Shown here: piece by piece, positions 1-8,925 of the stretch
Position numbering within the stretch: the stretch's first letter is position 1
Layout of the letters: each line of letters opens with the position of its first letter
DNA from: a virus
Taxonomy: Duplodnaviria > Caudoviricetes
Virus record (IMG/VR): IMGVR_UViG_3300028832_000131
Location: 10,105 to 74,104 of that record
Reading direction: 5' to 3' (one strand)
DNA: 64,000 bases
The notes under the pieces: generated by a model
Told to the model about the DNA's origin: nothing
Seen by the model: the letters and a program-made list of their open reading frames with translations, nothing else
Database searches by the model: none
Program-made: the position numbers and the translations under genes

Positions 1-71
1 GTTGAACTATAGTTTGATAGACACTTTAAATGTAAAATAAAAAACTTTTTTACAAAAATGTTTAAAATATA

Positions 72-100
72 TTGACTAACGATTTAAAACGTGATATGTT
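72..100 (+). promoter_or_regulatory. SigA-type promoter for the replication operon
   Basis: TTGACT-17 nt-TATGTT with TG extended -10. Confidence 0.55.
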
Positions 101-214
101 TATTTCGTAGATTAGACGAGGATTCCTCGGCTTATATTTTTAAATTAGGTAGTTCCCATAATATATAGTATGAATATTATTAACACTTAACATAATATAA
201 TTTAGACCTAAATT

Positions 215-247
215 AAAAACTGAGTCGAAATCCGATTCAGTTTTTTT
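215..247 (+). terminator. Leader hairpin plus T-tract (attenuator-like) before the first gene
   Basis: AAAAACTGA...TCAGTTTTTTT; an analogous hairpin and T-run sits at ~47546-47581 in phage B. Confidence 0.45.
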
Positions 248-272
248 GTTTAATTTATAGAAAGGAGTAAAC

Positions 273-482
273 GTGGCAAAACAATTAAGAGAACTTAAAT
301 ATCCAAACTTATTAGCAGAAATGAGAAGACATGGTGAAACACAAGATGATTTAGGTGAATTACTTGGATTATGTAGAACCACAATTAATTTCAAATTATC
401 TGGTAAATATGATTGGACGATAGGTGAAATTGAAATAATCTGCAATCATTACGAAAAAGATTATTATGAATTATTCAAATAA
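273..482 (+). CDS. XRE/Cro-like HTH regulator
   Basis: 69 aa, TQDDLGELLGLCRTTINFKLSG HTH; GTG start with AGGAG RBS; homologue at 47603. Confidence 0.8.
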   Translation: MAKQLRELKYPNLLAEMRRHGETQDDLGELLGLCRTTINFKLSGKYDWTIGEIEIICNHYEKDYYELFK

Positions 483-547
483 AAAAAGAACTCTAGGCGA
501 CCTGAGTTCTATAAAGACATTGCGTGAGCAGTATTAACTGGTCACAC
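481..547 (-). ncRNA. Putative antisense (countertranscript/OOP-like) RNA upstream of rep
   Basis: Minus-strand promoter at 554-582, stem 487-493/504-510, U7 tract at 481-487; same layout in phage B. Ends approximate. Confidence 0.6.
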
Positions 548-553
548 AATAAA

Positions 554-582
554 ATCTTAACATAGAATCTCTAGGAAGTCAA
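554..582 (-). promoter_or_regulatory. Antisense SigA promoter next to the rep RBS
   Basis: TTGACT-17-TAAGAT with TG extension on the minus strand; B counterpart is TTGACT-17-TATAAT. Confidence 0.65.
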
Positions 583-598
583 TAAGGAAAGGAGAGAT

Positions 599-1303
599 AT
601 GGATAAAGGCTTTATATTCCTACATAGAAAGTTTCTAAAATGGGAATGGTATAGCAATGTTAATGACCGTTTAGTATTTATACATTGTTTGTTAAGTGCT
701 AATTGGGAAGATGGGTGGTTTGAAGGTAAAAAGATACCTCGTGGTAGTTTTGCTACGAGTTATAAAAATCTCGCTAAAGAGATAGGTATTTCGGTGCAAT
801 CTCTACGAACTTCGTTAGAACACCTAAAATCAACAAACAATATAACACACGAAACTAATAGACAATTCTCAATAATAACAATAAATAATTACAACAAATA
901 CCAGTTAGATAACACACAAGTTAACAAACGATTAACAAACGACCAACAAACGACTAACAACAATATAATAAATAATAATAAATTAATAAATAAAGAAAGT
1001 ATATCTAAAGATATACCAAAGAAAGTTTTTAGTAAGCCAACTCTCCAAGAAATTAGTGATTATTGTTTAGAGAGAAACAATGGTATAAATCCTAATAAGT
1101 TTTATGATTTTTACGAAAGTAAGAACTGGATGATAGGTAAAAACAAAATGAAAGATTGGAAGGCTTGTGTTAGAACTTGGGAGCAACACGAAAGTAAACA
1201 AGATAATTCTAAACTACCTGATTGGTGGGATAAAGATTTTAAGGAAAGGGAAAGAACTGATGAGGATGAACGAGAATTACAAGAACTTATTAGAGGTTAT
1301 TAA
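599..1303 (+). CDS. Phage replication initiator (lambda O/DnaD-like architecture)
   Basis: N-terminal GFIFLHRKF..WEWY and wHTH, internal iteron linker, C-terminal FYDFYESKNW..DWKACVRTWE domain. Confidence 0.85.
   Translation: MDKGFIFLHRKFLKWEWYSNVNDRLVFIHCLLSANWEDGWFEGKKIPRGSFATSYKNLAKEIGISVQSLRTSLEHLKSTNNITHETNRQFSIITINNYNKYQLDNTQVNKRLTNDQQTTNNNIINNNKLINKESISKDIPKKVFSKPTLQEISDYCLERNNGINPNKFYDFYESKNWMIGKNKMKDWKACVRTWEQHESKQDNSKLPDWWDKDFKERERTDEDERELQELIRGY
910..1016 (+). repeat. Replication origin inside rep: 11-bp iterons, AT-rich tract, palindrome
   Basis: (T/C)(T/C)AACAAACGA at 921, 932, 943 and partial at 954; AT-rich 962-994; GTATATCT-AA-AGATATAC at 999-1016. Confidence 0.75.
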
Positions 1304-1505
1304 ACAAAGAAAACCTTTAGTAATGGATTTGGGTGATGAAGTTTTACTCCACATGAAATGGGATGAAGAAAGAGTAACACCTGACGGAGTTAAAGGTTGT
1401 TATGTTGATGAAATGGGAATGACTTCAATGAAATTAATACAAGATATTTTACAAGAGAAAGTTTATATTGGTGAACGAAAAGTAACGATAAGAGAGGATA
1501 AATAA
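1260..1505 (+). CDS. Hypothetical protein
   Basis: 3' part of ORF 1167-1505; overlaps the rep end and abuts ERF. Start uncertain. Confidence 0.55.
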   Translation: MRMNENYKNLLEVIKQRKPLVMDLGDEVLLHMKWDEERVTPDGVKGCYVDEMGMTSMKLIQDILQEKVYIGERKVTIREDK

Positions 1506-2188
1506 TGGAAGATAAGGAAGAAGTAAAGTTGAACTTAAAAGAAAAATTAAATGAAATAAAAAAAGAAGTAAGTATTTTACAAAAGAATAGTGAAGGTCAT
1601 GGATATACCTTTGTTGATGAGGAAAGTATTCTACTTAAAGTAAATACTAAAATGGACGAGTTAAGAGTTAGATTGATACCTAATTTTGTACCTCAAACAA
1701 CCAATGTGTTTCCTGTCACTTATGAAAACGCTAAAGGTCAAAACAAGACTGACATAGTAGTACATAGTGAAATGACATTTACTTGGGAAGATTTAGATAG
1801 TAACGAGAAAGAAGTAAATTACTGGTATATGGTAGGACAACAAGCGGACGGTAGTCAGGCTATGGGAAGTGGACTTACATATACAAATAGATATTTTCTA
1901 CTTAAATATTTCAATAGTGCTACTACAAAGGATGACCCTGATGCTATTAGAAGTGCTATGGAAAAAGAAGAGGAGCAAAAGAAATTAAGTGCTACTCAAA
2001 CTAAAGTTAAAAAGATATTTGATAAGATGCTTAAAAAATATCAAACACAAGAAAAGATTTATGAAATACTAGGGACTAATAAAGACGACTTCGTAAAAAA
2101 TTATAGTGATAATGAGAAATGTAAAACATTACTAGAGCAAATGGAATTAATCGAAAAAGAAAGCGAGAAGAAAAAGAAAGATGCTTAG
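1505..2188 (+). CDS. ERF-family single-strand annealing protein
   Basis: GHGYTFVD..., QAMGSGLTYTNRYFLLKYF...DDPD motifs. Confidence 0.78.
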   Translation: MEDKEEVKLNLKEKLNEIKKEVSILQKNSEGHGYTFVDEESILLKVNTKMDELRVRLIPNFVPQTTNVFPVTYENAKGQNKTDIVVHSEMTFTWEDLDSNEKEVNYWYMVGQQADGSQAMGSGLTYTNRYFLLKYFNSATTKDDPDAIRSAMEKEEEQKKLSATQTKVKKIFDKMLKKYQTQEKIYEILGTNKDDFVKNYSDNEKCKTLLEQMELIEKESEKKKKDA

Positions 2189-2843
2189 TATTGAAGAAAG
2201 AGAAGAAAGAAGAAAGCAAATAGGAGCATCTGAAGTATATAAGTTATTTAATTTTGATAGCCAAGATGCACAGGATTTGTGGGAATTAAAGATTGGCTTA
2301 CAAGATTATCAAGAGATAGACAATGATGCAATTATGGCGGGAAACATTTTAGAAGAGGAGTGTTTGAAATATTACGAAAGAACAAATAATTTAAAACTTG
2401 TTTATAATGCTCGTATTCCTTCTAAAGAAATAATTGGTTTGGTAGCAAGCACGGATGCTTATGAGCCTGACTTTGGTATTCCTGTTGAAAATAAAGTTAT
2501 AAACGAGAAGACTTGGTTATCATGGATTGCTAAGAGAAGTGGTAATGCGGAGTATGAAGGAATTAAATTAATCATTCCTAAATCATATTACTATCAATTA
2601 CAAACTCAAATATATGTAATGGATGCGGATGAAGGTGTATTTAATATAAACACACTAACCGATGAGGAACAAGAAAATCCAATTATGGTAACAATTACTG
2701 ATTTACATAATAAACAAATCCGAATTAAAAGAGACGATGAGGCTATTAACGAAATTAAGAAAAGAGTCAAATATATGCTCCATTGTATGAAATATAAGAT
2801 TAGACCTAGTGAATTAGATTATTTAGAGAAAGAGGTGTTCTAG
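2181..2843 (+). CDS. YqaJ/lambda-exonuclease-like recombination nuclease
   Basis: RRKQIGASEV, MAGNILE, ASTDA..VENK, YYYQLQTQ; adjacent to the SSAP. Confidence 0.75.
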   Translation: MLSIEEREERRKQIGASEVYKLFNFDSQDAQDLWELKIGLQDYQEIDNDAIMAGNILEEECLKYYERTNNLKLVYNARIPSKEIIGLVASTDAYEPDFGIPVENKVINEKTWLSWIAKRSGNAEYEGIKLIIPKSYYYQLQTQIYVMDADEGVFNINTLTDEEQENPIMVTITDLHNKQIRIKRDDEAINEIKKRVKYMLHCMKYKIRPSELDYLEKEVF

Positions 2844-2845
2844 TT

Positions 2846-3076
2846 ATGCAAATATTTTATGACAACTTTGATAATGTGTTCATAATGAAAGAAGATATAA
2901 ACAAATGGTTGGGAGAACATTTTTCTAAAGACCGCATTTCAATAAATGATTTATTAGCAACTATAGAAGATTTAGATAGCGAAGTAGAATGTTTAAAAGA
3001 AAAAATCAATTTATTAGAAAACAAAGATAATGAAATTGATGATGACTACATTGAAAGGATAAGGTTAGGTATATGA
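2846..3076 (+). CDS. Hypothetical acidic protein
   Basis: 76-aa ORF tiling the operon. Confidence 0.6.
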   Translation: MQIFYDNFDNVFIMKEDINKWLGEHFSKDRISINDLLATIEDLDSEVECLKEKINLLENKDNEIDDDYIERIRLGI

Positions 3077-3288
3077 AATTGGATGACTTTAGACTACCTA
3101 CTACTTATTCGATTGTAGAGTGTAAATGTGGGGAGGTTTTGCATTTTCACCATAATTTCCCAGCAATATGTAATAGATGCGGTCATAAAGTTTATCCAAC
3201 GGAATTATGGAGATTTAGAGATTTAATGAAGAAAACTTTGATTGAAAGGAAGAGAGAAGAAAATGAACAAAGTGTTTTTAAGAGGTAA
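3073..3288 (+). CDS. Small Zn-ribbon protein
   Basis: CKCG...CNRCG; homologue at 50669-50953. Confidence 0.65.
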   Translation: MKLDDFRLPTTYSIVECKCGEVLHFHHNFPAICNRCGHKVYPTELWRFRDLMKKTLIERKREENEQSVFKR

Positions 3289-3700
3289 TTTAACTCGAGA
3301 CGTAGAAACAAAACAATCTAGCAACGGAAATTGGATGGCTCGTTTTGGAATAGCCGTTCGTAGAGATTTCAAAAATGCTGACGGGGAGTATGATTCTGAT
3401 TTTATTAACTGTCTTGCTTATAACAAAATCGCCGAAATGTTAGGCAAATACTTTCACAAAGGTAGTGGAATTATTGTTATTGGGCATATTCAAACAGGTA
3501 GTTATGATGATAGAGACGGAAAGAAGGTTTATACTACTGACGTTATTGTAGAAACAGTAGAGTTTGATAGAAGTAATTCTACCAAAGAAGAAAAAGAGGA
3601 AAAACCAAAGGTTGAGGAAAAACCTAAACAAAAACTAAGTAATGACCCATTCGCTGATTTTGGAAGACAAATGTCAGTTGATGATGATTTACCATTTTAG
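3263..3700 (+). CDS. ssb: Single-stranded DNA-binding protein
   Basis: MNKVFLRGNLTRD, SDFINC, GHIQTGSY, acidic DDDLPF tail. Confidence 0.95.
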   Translation: MNKVFLRGNLTRDVETKQSSNGNWMARFGIAVRRDFKNADGEYDSDFINCLAYNKIAEMLGKYFHKGSGIIVIGHIQTGSYDDRDGKKVYTTDVIVETVEFDRSNSTKEEKEEKPKVEEKPKQKLSNDPFADFGRQMSVDDDLPF

Positions 3701-3708
3701 GAGGAATT

Positions 3709-4188
3709 ATGGACATAAAGAAAAGTTTAAAAATTAATTATAAGTTAGGTAGTAATTATTTACTATTTCCAACTCATGATGGTTGGGTGTTAATGAGAAG
3801 TGGTTCTTATAGACCTATAATGAATAGTAATGACAACACTGATGAACAATTAGATAAGTTTGTAAAGGAACATAGAGAATATAATGCTCTAACAATATTA
3901 ACTAGATATACAATTATTGCTAATTTAATTATCTTGGGTTTGTGTGTTTTAAATCTATTTAAACACTCAACAACATTATCTTATTTTTGTTGGGGAGCAT
4001 TAATGGTTTTACTACCAATGTTAATTTTAATTAATTACATGATAGTAGAAAACAAAAAAGTTTATCACAAAGTGTTAAATGAAGACCAAATATATTATGC
4101 AAAATTATTAGCGGAAACAAATAAAAAAGAAAGGAAAAGCACTAGGTTAAAAAAGGGAGAAAAGAGGTCTAGTGAAGTACAAAAGTAA
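3709..4188 (+). CDS. Hypothetical membrane protein
   Basis: Two hydrophobic helices; RBS GGAGG. Confidence 0.6.
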   Translation: MDIKKSLKINYKLGSNYLLFPTHDGWVLMRSGSYRPIMNSNDNTDEQLDKFVKEHREYNALTILTRYTIIANLIILGLCVLNLFKHSTTLSYFCWGALMVLLPMLILINYMIVENKKVYHKVLNEDQIYYAKLLAETNKKERKSTRLKKGEKRSSEVQK

Positions 4189-4498
4189 GCACGTTTTAAT
4201 AGACGGTCATGACTTTCCAAGTAAAATGGAAGGTAATCGTTATCTAAAACTTAAAGAGATGCTAAAACAAGAAAAAATATCCAACTTAGAATTGCAACCT
4301 GCATTTATATTACAAGAAGGATTTACAAGAGACGGAAAGAAATATCGCCCTATTACGTATGTAGCGGATTTTAGATACAAAATAGGGGACAAAGTAATAG
4401 TGGAAGACGTTAAAGGCTTTAAGACTAAAGAATATCAAATAAAAAAGAAACTATTGCTTTACAAGTATGAGGGTTTTGAGTTTAAAGAAACGAGATAA
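4172..4498 (+). CDS. DUF1064-like PD-(D/E)XK nuclease (possible junction resolvase)
   Basis: FPSKMEGNRY, LELQPAF, YVADFRY, VEDVKG, YQIKKKL. Confidence 0.8.
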   Translation: MKYKSKHVLIDGHDFPSKMEGNRYLKLKEMLKQEKISNLELQPAFILQEGFTRDGKKYRPITYVADFRYKIGDKVIVEDVKGFKTKEYQIKKKLLLYKYEGFEFKETR

Positions 4499-4508
4499 GG
4501 AGTGAATT

Positions 4509-4811
4509 ATGAAGGAAAGAAATTATGGTGAAATAACTACTTTTGAAACTAGAAAAGAGAGTTATGACCAAGTTGATAAGCAAAAAAGATATGCTCAAAT
4601 TAAAGAGATATTATCTGAGTGGGGAGAATTAACCGCCAAACAAATTGCTGTCATCATGTTTAAAAAAGGTTATATTCCTACTTCCGAGAGAAACTACTCA
4701 AGTCCTCGTTTGACTGAACTATGTATCTCTGGTGAAGTAGAGGTTGTTGGAAAAACTAAATGTGAGTTTAGTGGAAAGACAGTAAGTGTCTTCAAATTAA
4801 GAGAGGAATAG
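4509..4811 (+). CDS. Winged-helix-like DNA-binding protein
   Basis: ELTAKQIA...PRLTEL pattern; close homologue at 51383. Confidence 0.6.
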   Translation: MKERNYGEITTFETRKESYDQVDKQKRYAQIKEILSEWGELTAKQIAVIMFKKGYIPTSERNYSSPRLTELCISGEVEVVGKTKCEFSGKTVSVFKLREE

Positions 4812-4813
4812 TT

Positions 4814-5119
4814 ATGAAAGAGGAGTTTAGAAAAATGTGGGGCGGATTCGTTGAGTGGTATAAATACATGAGAAATTATAAAACCAACAAGAATTACGAT
4901 GCAATTAAAGAGCAAGAATGTGTGGCTAAAGATAACGAAATTGAACGTCTAAAGAAAGTACTTGACGAACGTACAGTTATTGGAAAAGAAAAGGATAATT
5001 TAATTAAAATATTGTTAGATAGGTTAGATTCAAAGAATCAACAATTAAGTGATGCAAAGAAAGAATTACAAAGCAAGGGGGTAAAGAAAAAATCAAGAAA
5101 GTCGAATACAAATGTGTAA
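4814..5119 (+). CDS. Hypothetical coiled-coil protein
   Basis: 101-aa ORF with heptad pattern. Confidence 0.55.
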   Translation: MKEEFRKMWGGFVEWYKYMRNYKTNKNYDAIKEQECVAKDNEIERLKKVLDERTVIGKEKDNLIKILLDRLDSKNQQLSDAKKELQSKGVKKKSRKSNTNV

Positions 5120-5280
5120 TATGCCATAAGCAACTAGAAAACAAAGATACCATAAGATTGGCTAAACAACTTTATGGTATCTCCTATGTTGGTGGGCATC
5201 AAACAGTTAGAAAGTATGATTTTTGCAAAGATTGTTATAGACACTTTGCAGCGTGGATTAAAAAACATAATTCACAATAA
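5092..5280 (+). CDS. Small CxxC...CxxC protein lacking a canonical start (ATC start or pseudogene)
   Basis: Frame reads KKVEYKCVICHKQLENKDTIRLAKQLYGISY..KYDFCKDCY, homologous to 54230-54421; in-frame TGA at 5050 and no ATG/GTG/TTG before the Cys motif. Confidence 0.55.
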   Translation: MKKVEYKCVICHKQLENKDTIRLAKQLYGISYVGGHQTVRKYDFCKDCYRHFAAWIKKHNSQ

Positions 5281-5297
5281 AGGGAAAAGGAGCGAAA

Positions 5298-6323
5298 ATG
5301 AGTAATATTTATGTAAAACAAATGCAACAATTAGGATTAAATCCTAAACAGTATGCGGAATTAATTGATATACCTTACGAGGTAGTTAAAAACTTCATTT
5401 ATGGAAAAGAGGGTGAGTATGAAATGGGGTTAGGAGATTTATTAAGAAAAAATATGTTTAGTAAGCATCAAGAGGTAGAAAGAAATATTGAAAATGCAAA
5501 GATAAAAGCGGCTGAGATTAAATATCAAAGTCGAGAAAATCCAAGAGATTGGTATGAAAATGTATATACCCCTGAACTATTATTAAATACACTAAAATTA
5601 AAAACAAGGGTAGAGTTTGAAAGAAATTATGACATTATACTTGAAGGAGAAAGAGCATCTAAGTGGTTTTATAATTGCTTAACTGGTAAAACTAATTATG
5701 ATAATCACGAAATTAATTATGAAAAGCAAGCACAATTTATTGAACAATTATATGATATTTTAGTTAATGGAAATGTAGAAAAATATAAAAGAGAAACACC
5801 TATAGAAACAAAGATATTTCCAACTGAAAGAAGGCCAATTAAAAATGGTAATTATAAAAACAAATATTTTAAATGGTTTGCTGATTTCAACCTTAAACAA
5901 TACATGAAAGAAAACGGACTTCGAAATGAAGATTTATGTAAGAAATTAGGTGTAGGAGTAACAACTGTAAGTCATTTAATAAATAAGAGACATTATACTA
6001 AGAGAACATTACAAAAATTATATAACTTTGTAAATGCTAATATTAAAGAGACAAAGCCAACAGTTATTAAAAATACTGAAGAGTTTACAATTCCTATAGA
6101 ACCAAAAGAAGACGATATAAATGTAATTACTATACCAAGTGATAAGGTTATAAGAGGTAGCATTGAATATTTTACGGAGAAAAAAGAACCTGAAACAATG
6201 TTTACTAAACATGAAAATAATATTGAAAATACCAATAATGATTTATTAAAGAAAATCTTAAAAAATCGTTTAACTGAAGAAGAAAAAGAACTAATTAAAA
6301 TATTTGGTGGAGTTATAGATTAA
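5298..6323 (+). CDS. Protein with two XRE-like HTH domains
   Basis: QYAELIDIPYEVVKNF and LCKKLGVGVTTVSHLIN. Confidence 0.6.
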   Translation: MSNIYVKQMQQLGLNPKQYAELIDIPYEVVKNFIYGKEGEYEMGLGDLLRKNMFSKHQEVERNIENAKIKAAEIKYQSRENPRDWYENVYTPELLLNTLKLKTRVEFERNYDIILEGERASKWFYNCLTGKTNYDNHEINYEKQAQFIEQLYDILVNGNVEKYKRETPIETKIFPTERRPIKNGNYKNKYFKWFADFNLKQYMKENGLRNEDLCKKLGVGVTTVSHLINKRHYTKRTLQKLYNFVNANIKETKPTVIKNTEEFTIPIEPKEDDINVITIPSDKVIRGSIEYFTEKKEPETMFTKHENNIENTNNDLLKKILKNRLTEEEKELIKIFGGVID

Positions 6324-6349
6324 AGAAATTAAATCAAAATTAAAGGAGA

Positions 6350-6841
6350 GTGATTAAAATGTTTCCAAATAGAAATTGTGAAGGTAAATTATATTTAACT
6401 ACAACTACTGGTGGACTAAGTTATGGAAAAGATATGTATCAAAAAATAGAAAGTATTGAGGGAGATAGTGACGGTAATATAACTATAAAGGGAATAACAT
6501 ATTTACCAACAACATATCCAATTCCAGCGGTTTGGAAAGAGTGGAAATCCCCATTTGACGTAGACCCAGAATTAATAACATTTGATTTACCAAAAAAATA
6601 TATAATCAATGATAAGGTTTGTGTATTGGTGTGGGAAGATGGTAAAATAACCAAAATAAAAAAGAGTCCTGACGATGATTATGACCCTGTTAAAGCATTT
6701 TTATGGGCTTGGTTTCAACACACTTGTAGTTTACCTAAATGGAAAGCCAACAAATATCTTGCTGAAGTAGAAGAGAATTGTATAAATAACATAACTAAAA
6801 AGAAACCTAAAAAGAAGAAAACAGTAATAGAGGAAATATGA
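6350..6841 (+). CDS. Conserved phage hypothetical protein
   Basis: C-terminal VLVWEDGKITKIK..DDYDPVKAF resembles the common phage W.DG.KT.VKC family. Confidence 0.55.
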   Translation: MIKMFPNRNCEGKLYLTTTTGGLSYGKDMYQKIESIEGDSDGNITIKGITYLPTTYPIPAVWKEWKSPFDVDPELITFDLPKKYIINDKVCVLVWEDGKITKIKKSPDDDYDPVKAFLWAWFQHTCSLPKWKANKYLAEVEENCINNITKKKPKKKKTVIEEI

Positions 6842-7254
6842 AAGTTGGAGATTATATAAGAAACAAATATGGTTTTGCCAAGTTTGTTAAAATTGAGCAA
6901 AACACATTGGGTGATGACCTATATGTTTTTGATAATAATATATGTTGGTTTACTGATAATGAAGGTAATGAAAGAAAAGATATGCCTTTAACAAACAGAA
7001 TATTTGTTACACCACAAATTGAATTAGATAAAGTTAGACAAAGTTCTAATATAGAAGATTTAATTGATGCTTTAGATTTGTTATTTATTGATATAAGTCC
7101 TGATGATTATGGTGGAATAGTAGTTCCTAGAATTGCTGAAACTGAACGAGAATTAGAAATATGGAAAAAAAAGTTTAAAAGTGGAGAATATATTCTAAAA
7201 GGAGTAGTTCCAAAAGAGGTAATAGCAACATATACATATTGGATAGGTGATTAA
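6838..7254 (+). CDS. Hypothetical protein
   Basis: 138-aa ORF with ATGA overlap. Confidence 0.6.
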   Translation: MKVGDYIRNKYGFAKFVKIEQNTLGDDLYVFDNNICWFTDNEGNERKDMPLTNRIFVTPQIELDKVRQSSNIEDLIDALDLLFIDISPDDYGGIVVPRIAETERELEIWKKKFKSGEYILKGVVPKEVIATYTYWIGD

Positions 7255-7854
7255 ATGAGGGAATATACCATATATCTTCATCGTTTGAAAAGAGATAATA
7301 GAGTATATATAGGTATAACAAAGCAAGAACTTACTAAAAGATGGCAAAATGGTTTAGGTTATATTCGTTCAAGTTATTTCTATAATGCGATTAAAAAATA
7401 TGGTTGGAAATCTTTTGAACATATCGTTTTGTTTAAAAATCTTACTAGAGAGGAAGCACAAGAAAAAGAAAAAGAACTAATAAAAATATTTAGTTCTAAT
7501 TTAAAAGAATATGGCTTTAATATTAGCGAAGGTGGCTTTGCACCAATAATAACAGAGGAGCAAAAAATAAAAATAAGCAACAGTGAAAAAGGTAAGAAAA
7601 TTAGTAGAAAAACTATTGAGAAAGCCAACGCAACAAAAAGAAAAAGATATTTAGAACATGGCTTAACTGATAAACAAAAAGAACATTATAAGAATATGAT
7701 AAAACCAATAGTATGTATTGAAACCAATAAAGTATATTATGGACACAAAGAATTAAAAAAAGATAATTTTATTCCTAATAGTGTTTATTTGGTTTGTAGA
7801 GGAATTAGAAAAACTGCTAGTGGTTATCATTGGAAGTATTATGTAAAGGAGTGA
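7255..7854 (+). CDS. GIY-YIG homing endonuclease with NUMOD-type C-terminus
   Basis: YTIYL..RVYIGIT, RW.NG, AIKKYGW..F, GFNISEGG; C-terminal SVYLVCRGIRKTASGYHWKY. Absent at the equivalent site in phage B. Confidence 0.85.
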   Translation: MREYTIYLHRLKRDNRVYIGITKQELTKRWQNGLGYIRSSYFYNAIKKYGWKSFEHIVLFKNLTREEAQEKEKELIKIFSSNLKEYGFNISEGGFAPIITEEQKIKISNSEKGKKISRKTIEKANATKRKRYLEHGLTDKQKEHYKNMIKPIVCIETNKVYYGHKELKKDNFIPNSVYLVCRGIRKTASGYHWKYYVKE

Positions 7855-8516
7855 TAATTATTATTTACGTTATTATGGCAGGTGGTCAATATCAAGACTT
7901 TGAAACACCAAAACAATTAACTGTAATTAATGGTGAGTGTTTAGTAGATAGAACAATTCGTTTGTTAAGGGAAAACGGAATAAAAGACATATACATTACT
8001 AGCAACGATAAAAGGTTTGATTATAGCGATGCCCCTAGGCTAAAACATTACAATTCATACAAAGTGGAGGACGGTATTCAATATGGATATTGGTTGGATG
8101 CCTTTTTTCCACTATTTAAGCCTACCGAGAAAGTGTGTTTCATGTTTGGAGACGTATATTATACTGAAGAGGCAATTCGCACGATAGTGGACTTAGAATG
8201 TACTAAAAACACCTTATTTGGTACAAGTGATGCTAAAAACGAGAATCACGAGAATTGGGGAGAACCATTTGCTTATAAAGTGGTCGATTATAAGGCTTTT
8301 ATGGAAGGTATAGAGGCGGTAAAGAAAATGCAAGACGATGGATTAACTAAACGTATGCCTATTGTATGGGAACTGTATCGTTATTTAAACGGCTTAGACA
8401 TTAATGTTCAACAGGTTTTGGATGAAACTTATGTATGTGTTGATGACGGAACTATGGACGTTGATACCTTAGATAAGGTAGAAATGGTTCGAAAGAGGTT
8501 CGAAGATAATGAGTGA
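7851..8516 (+). CDS. Nucleotidyltransferase-fold protein (LicC/MobA-like NTP transferase)
   Basis: YVIMAGG..PKQL..INGE.LVDRTIRLL...GI.DIYI, FGDVYY, DVDT; canonical GxGxR is replaced by GGxY. Confidence 0.72.
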   Translation: MIIIIYVIMAGGQYQDFETPKQLTVINGECLVDRTIRLLRENGIKDIYITSNDKRFDYSDAPRLKHYNSYKVEDGIQYGYWLDAFFPLFKPTEKVCFMFGDVYYTEEAIRTIVDLECTKNTLFGTSDAKNENHENWGEPFAYKVVDYKAFMEGIEAVKKMQDDGLTKRMPIVWELYRYLNGLDINVQQVLDETYVCVDDGTMDVDTLDKVEMVRKRFEDNE

Positions 8517-8925
8517 AGAAAGATTACAAGAAATAAAAGATAGTCTAACAGAAGAATTAAATAGTATTGATTATTATGGAAGTGAAACAGCAAAAGAAGG
8601 GTTAGAACTATACAATGAAGTAATTAGATTAAAAAAGCAAAATGAAACATTAAAGCAAAATAATATAAATGAAATATTAAAAAATGATTTATCAATATGT
8701 GCTAAACAATACAAAAAAAGTGAAGAAAAATTAGAAAAAGCAAACAAGAAAATAGAAAAAGCAAACAAGAAAATAGATAAAGCAATAGAATATATAGAAA
8801 ATACACCATTATATGAAACAACATACGATTATAATATGGAAGAAGAACTAGAAATACAAAATGTTAGTGATGAAACAGCAAGTAATGATTTATTAAATAT
8901 ATTAAGAGGTAATGATGAAAAATAG
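8509..8925 (+). CDS. IDKAIEY...LLNILRG family small protein
   Basis: Shares conserved blocks with 52779, 53705, 55073. Confidence 0.65.
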   Translation: MSEERLQEIKDSLTEELNSIDYYGSETAKEGLELYNEVIRLKKQNETLKQNNINEILKNDLSICAKQYKKSEEKLEKANKKIEKANKKIDKAIEYIENTPLYETTYDYNMEEELEIQNVSDETASNDLLNILRGNDEK

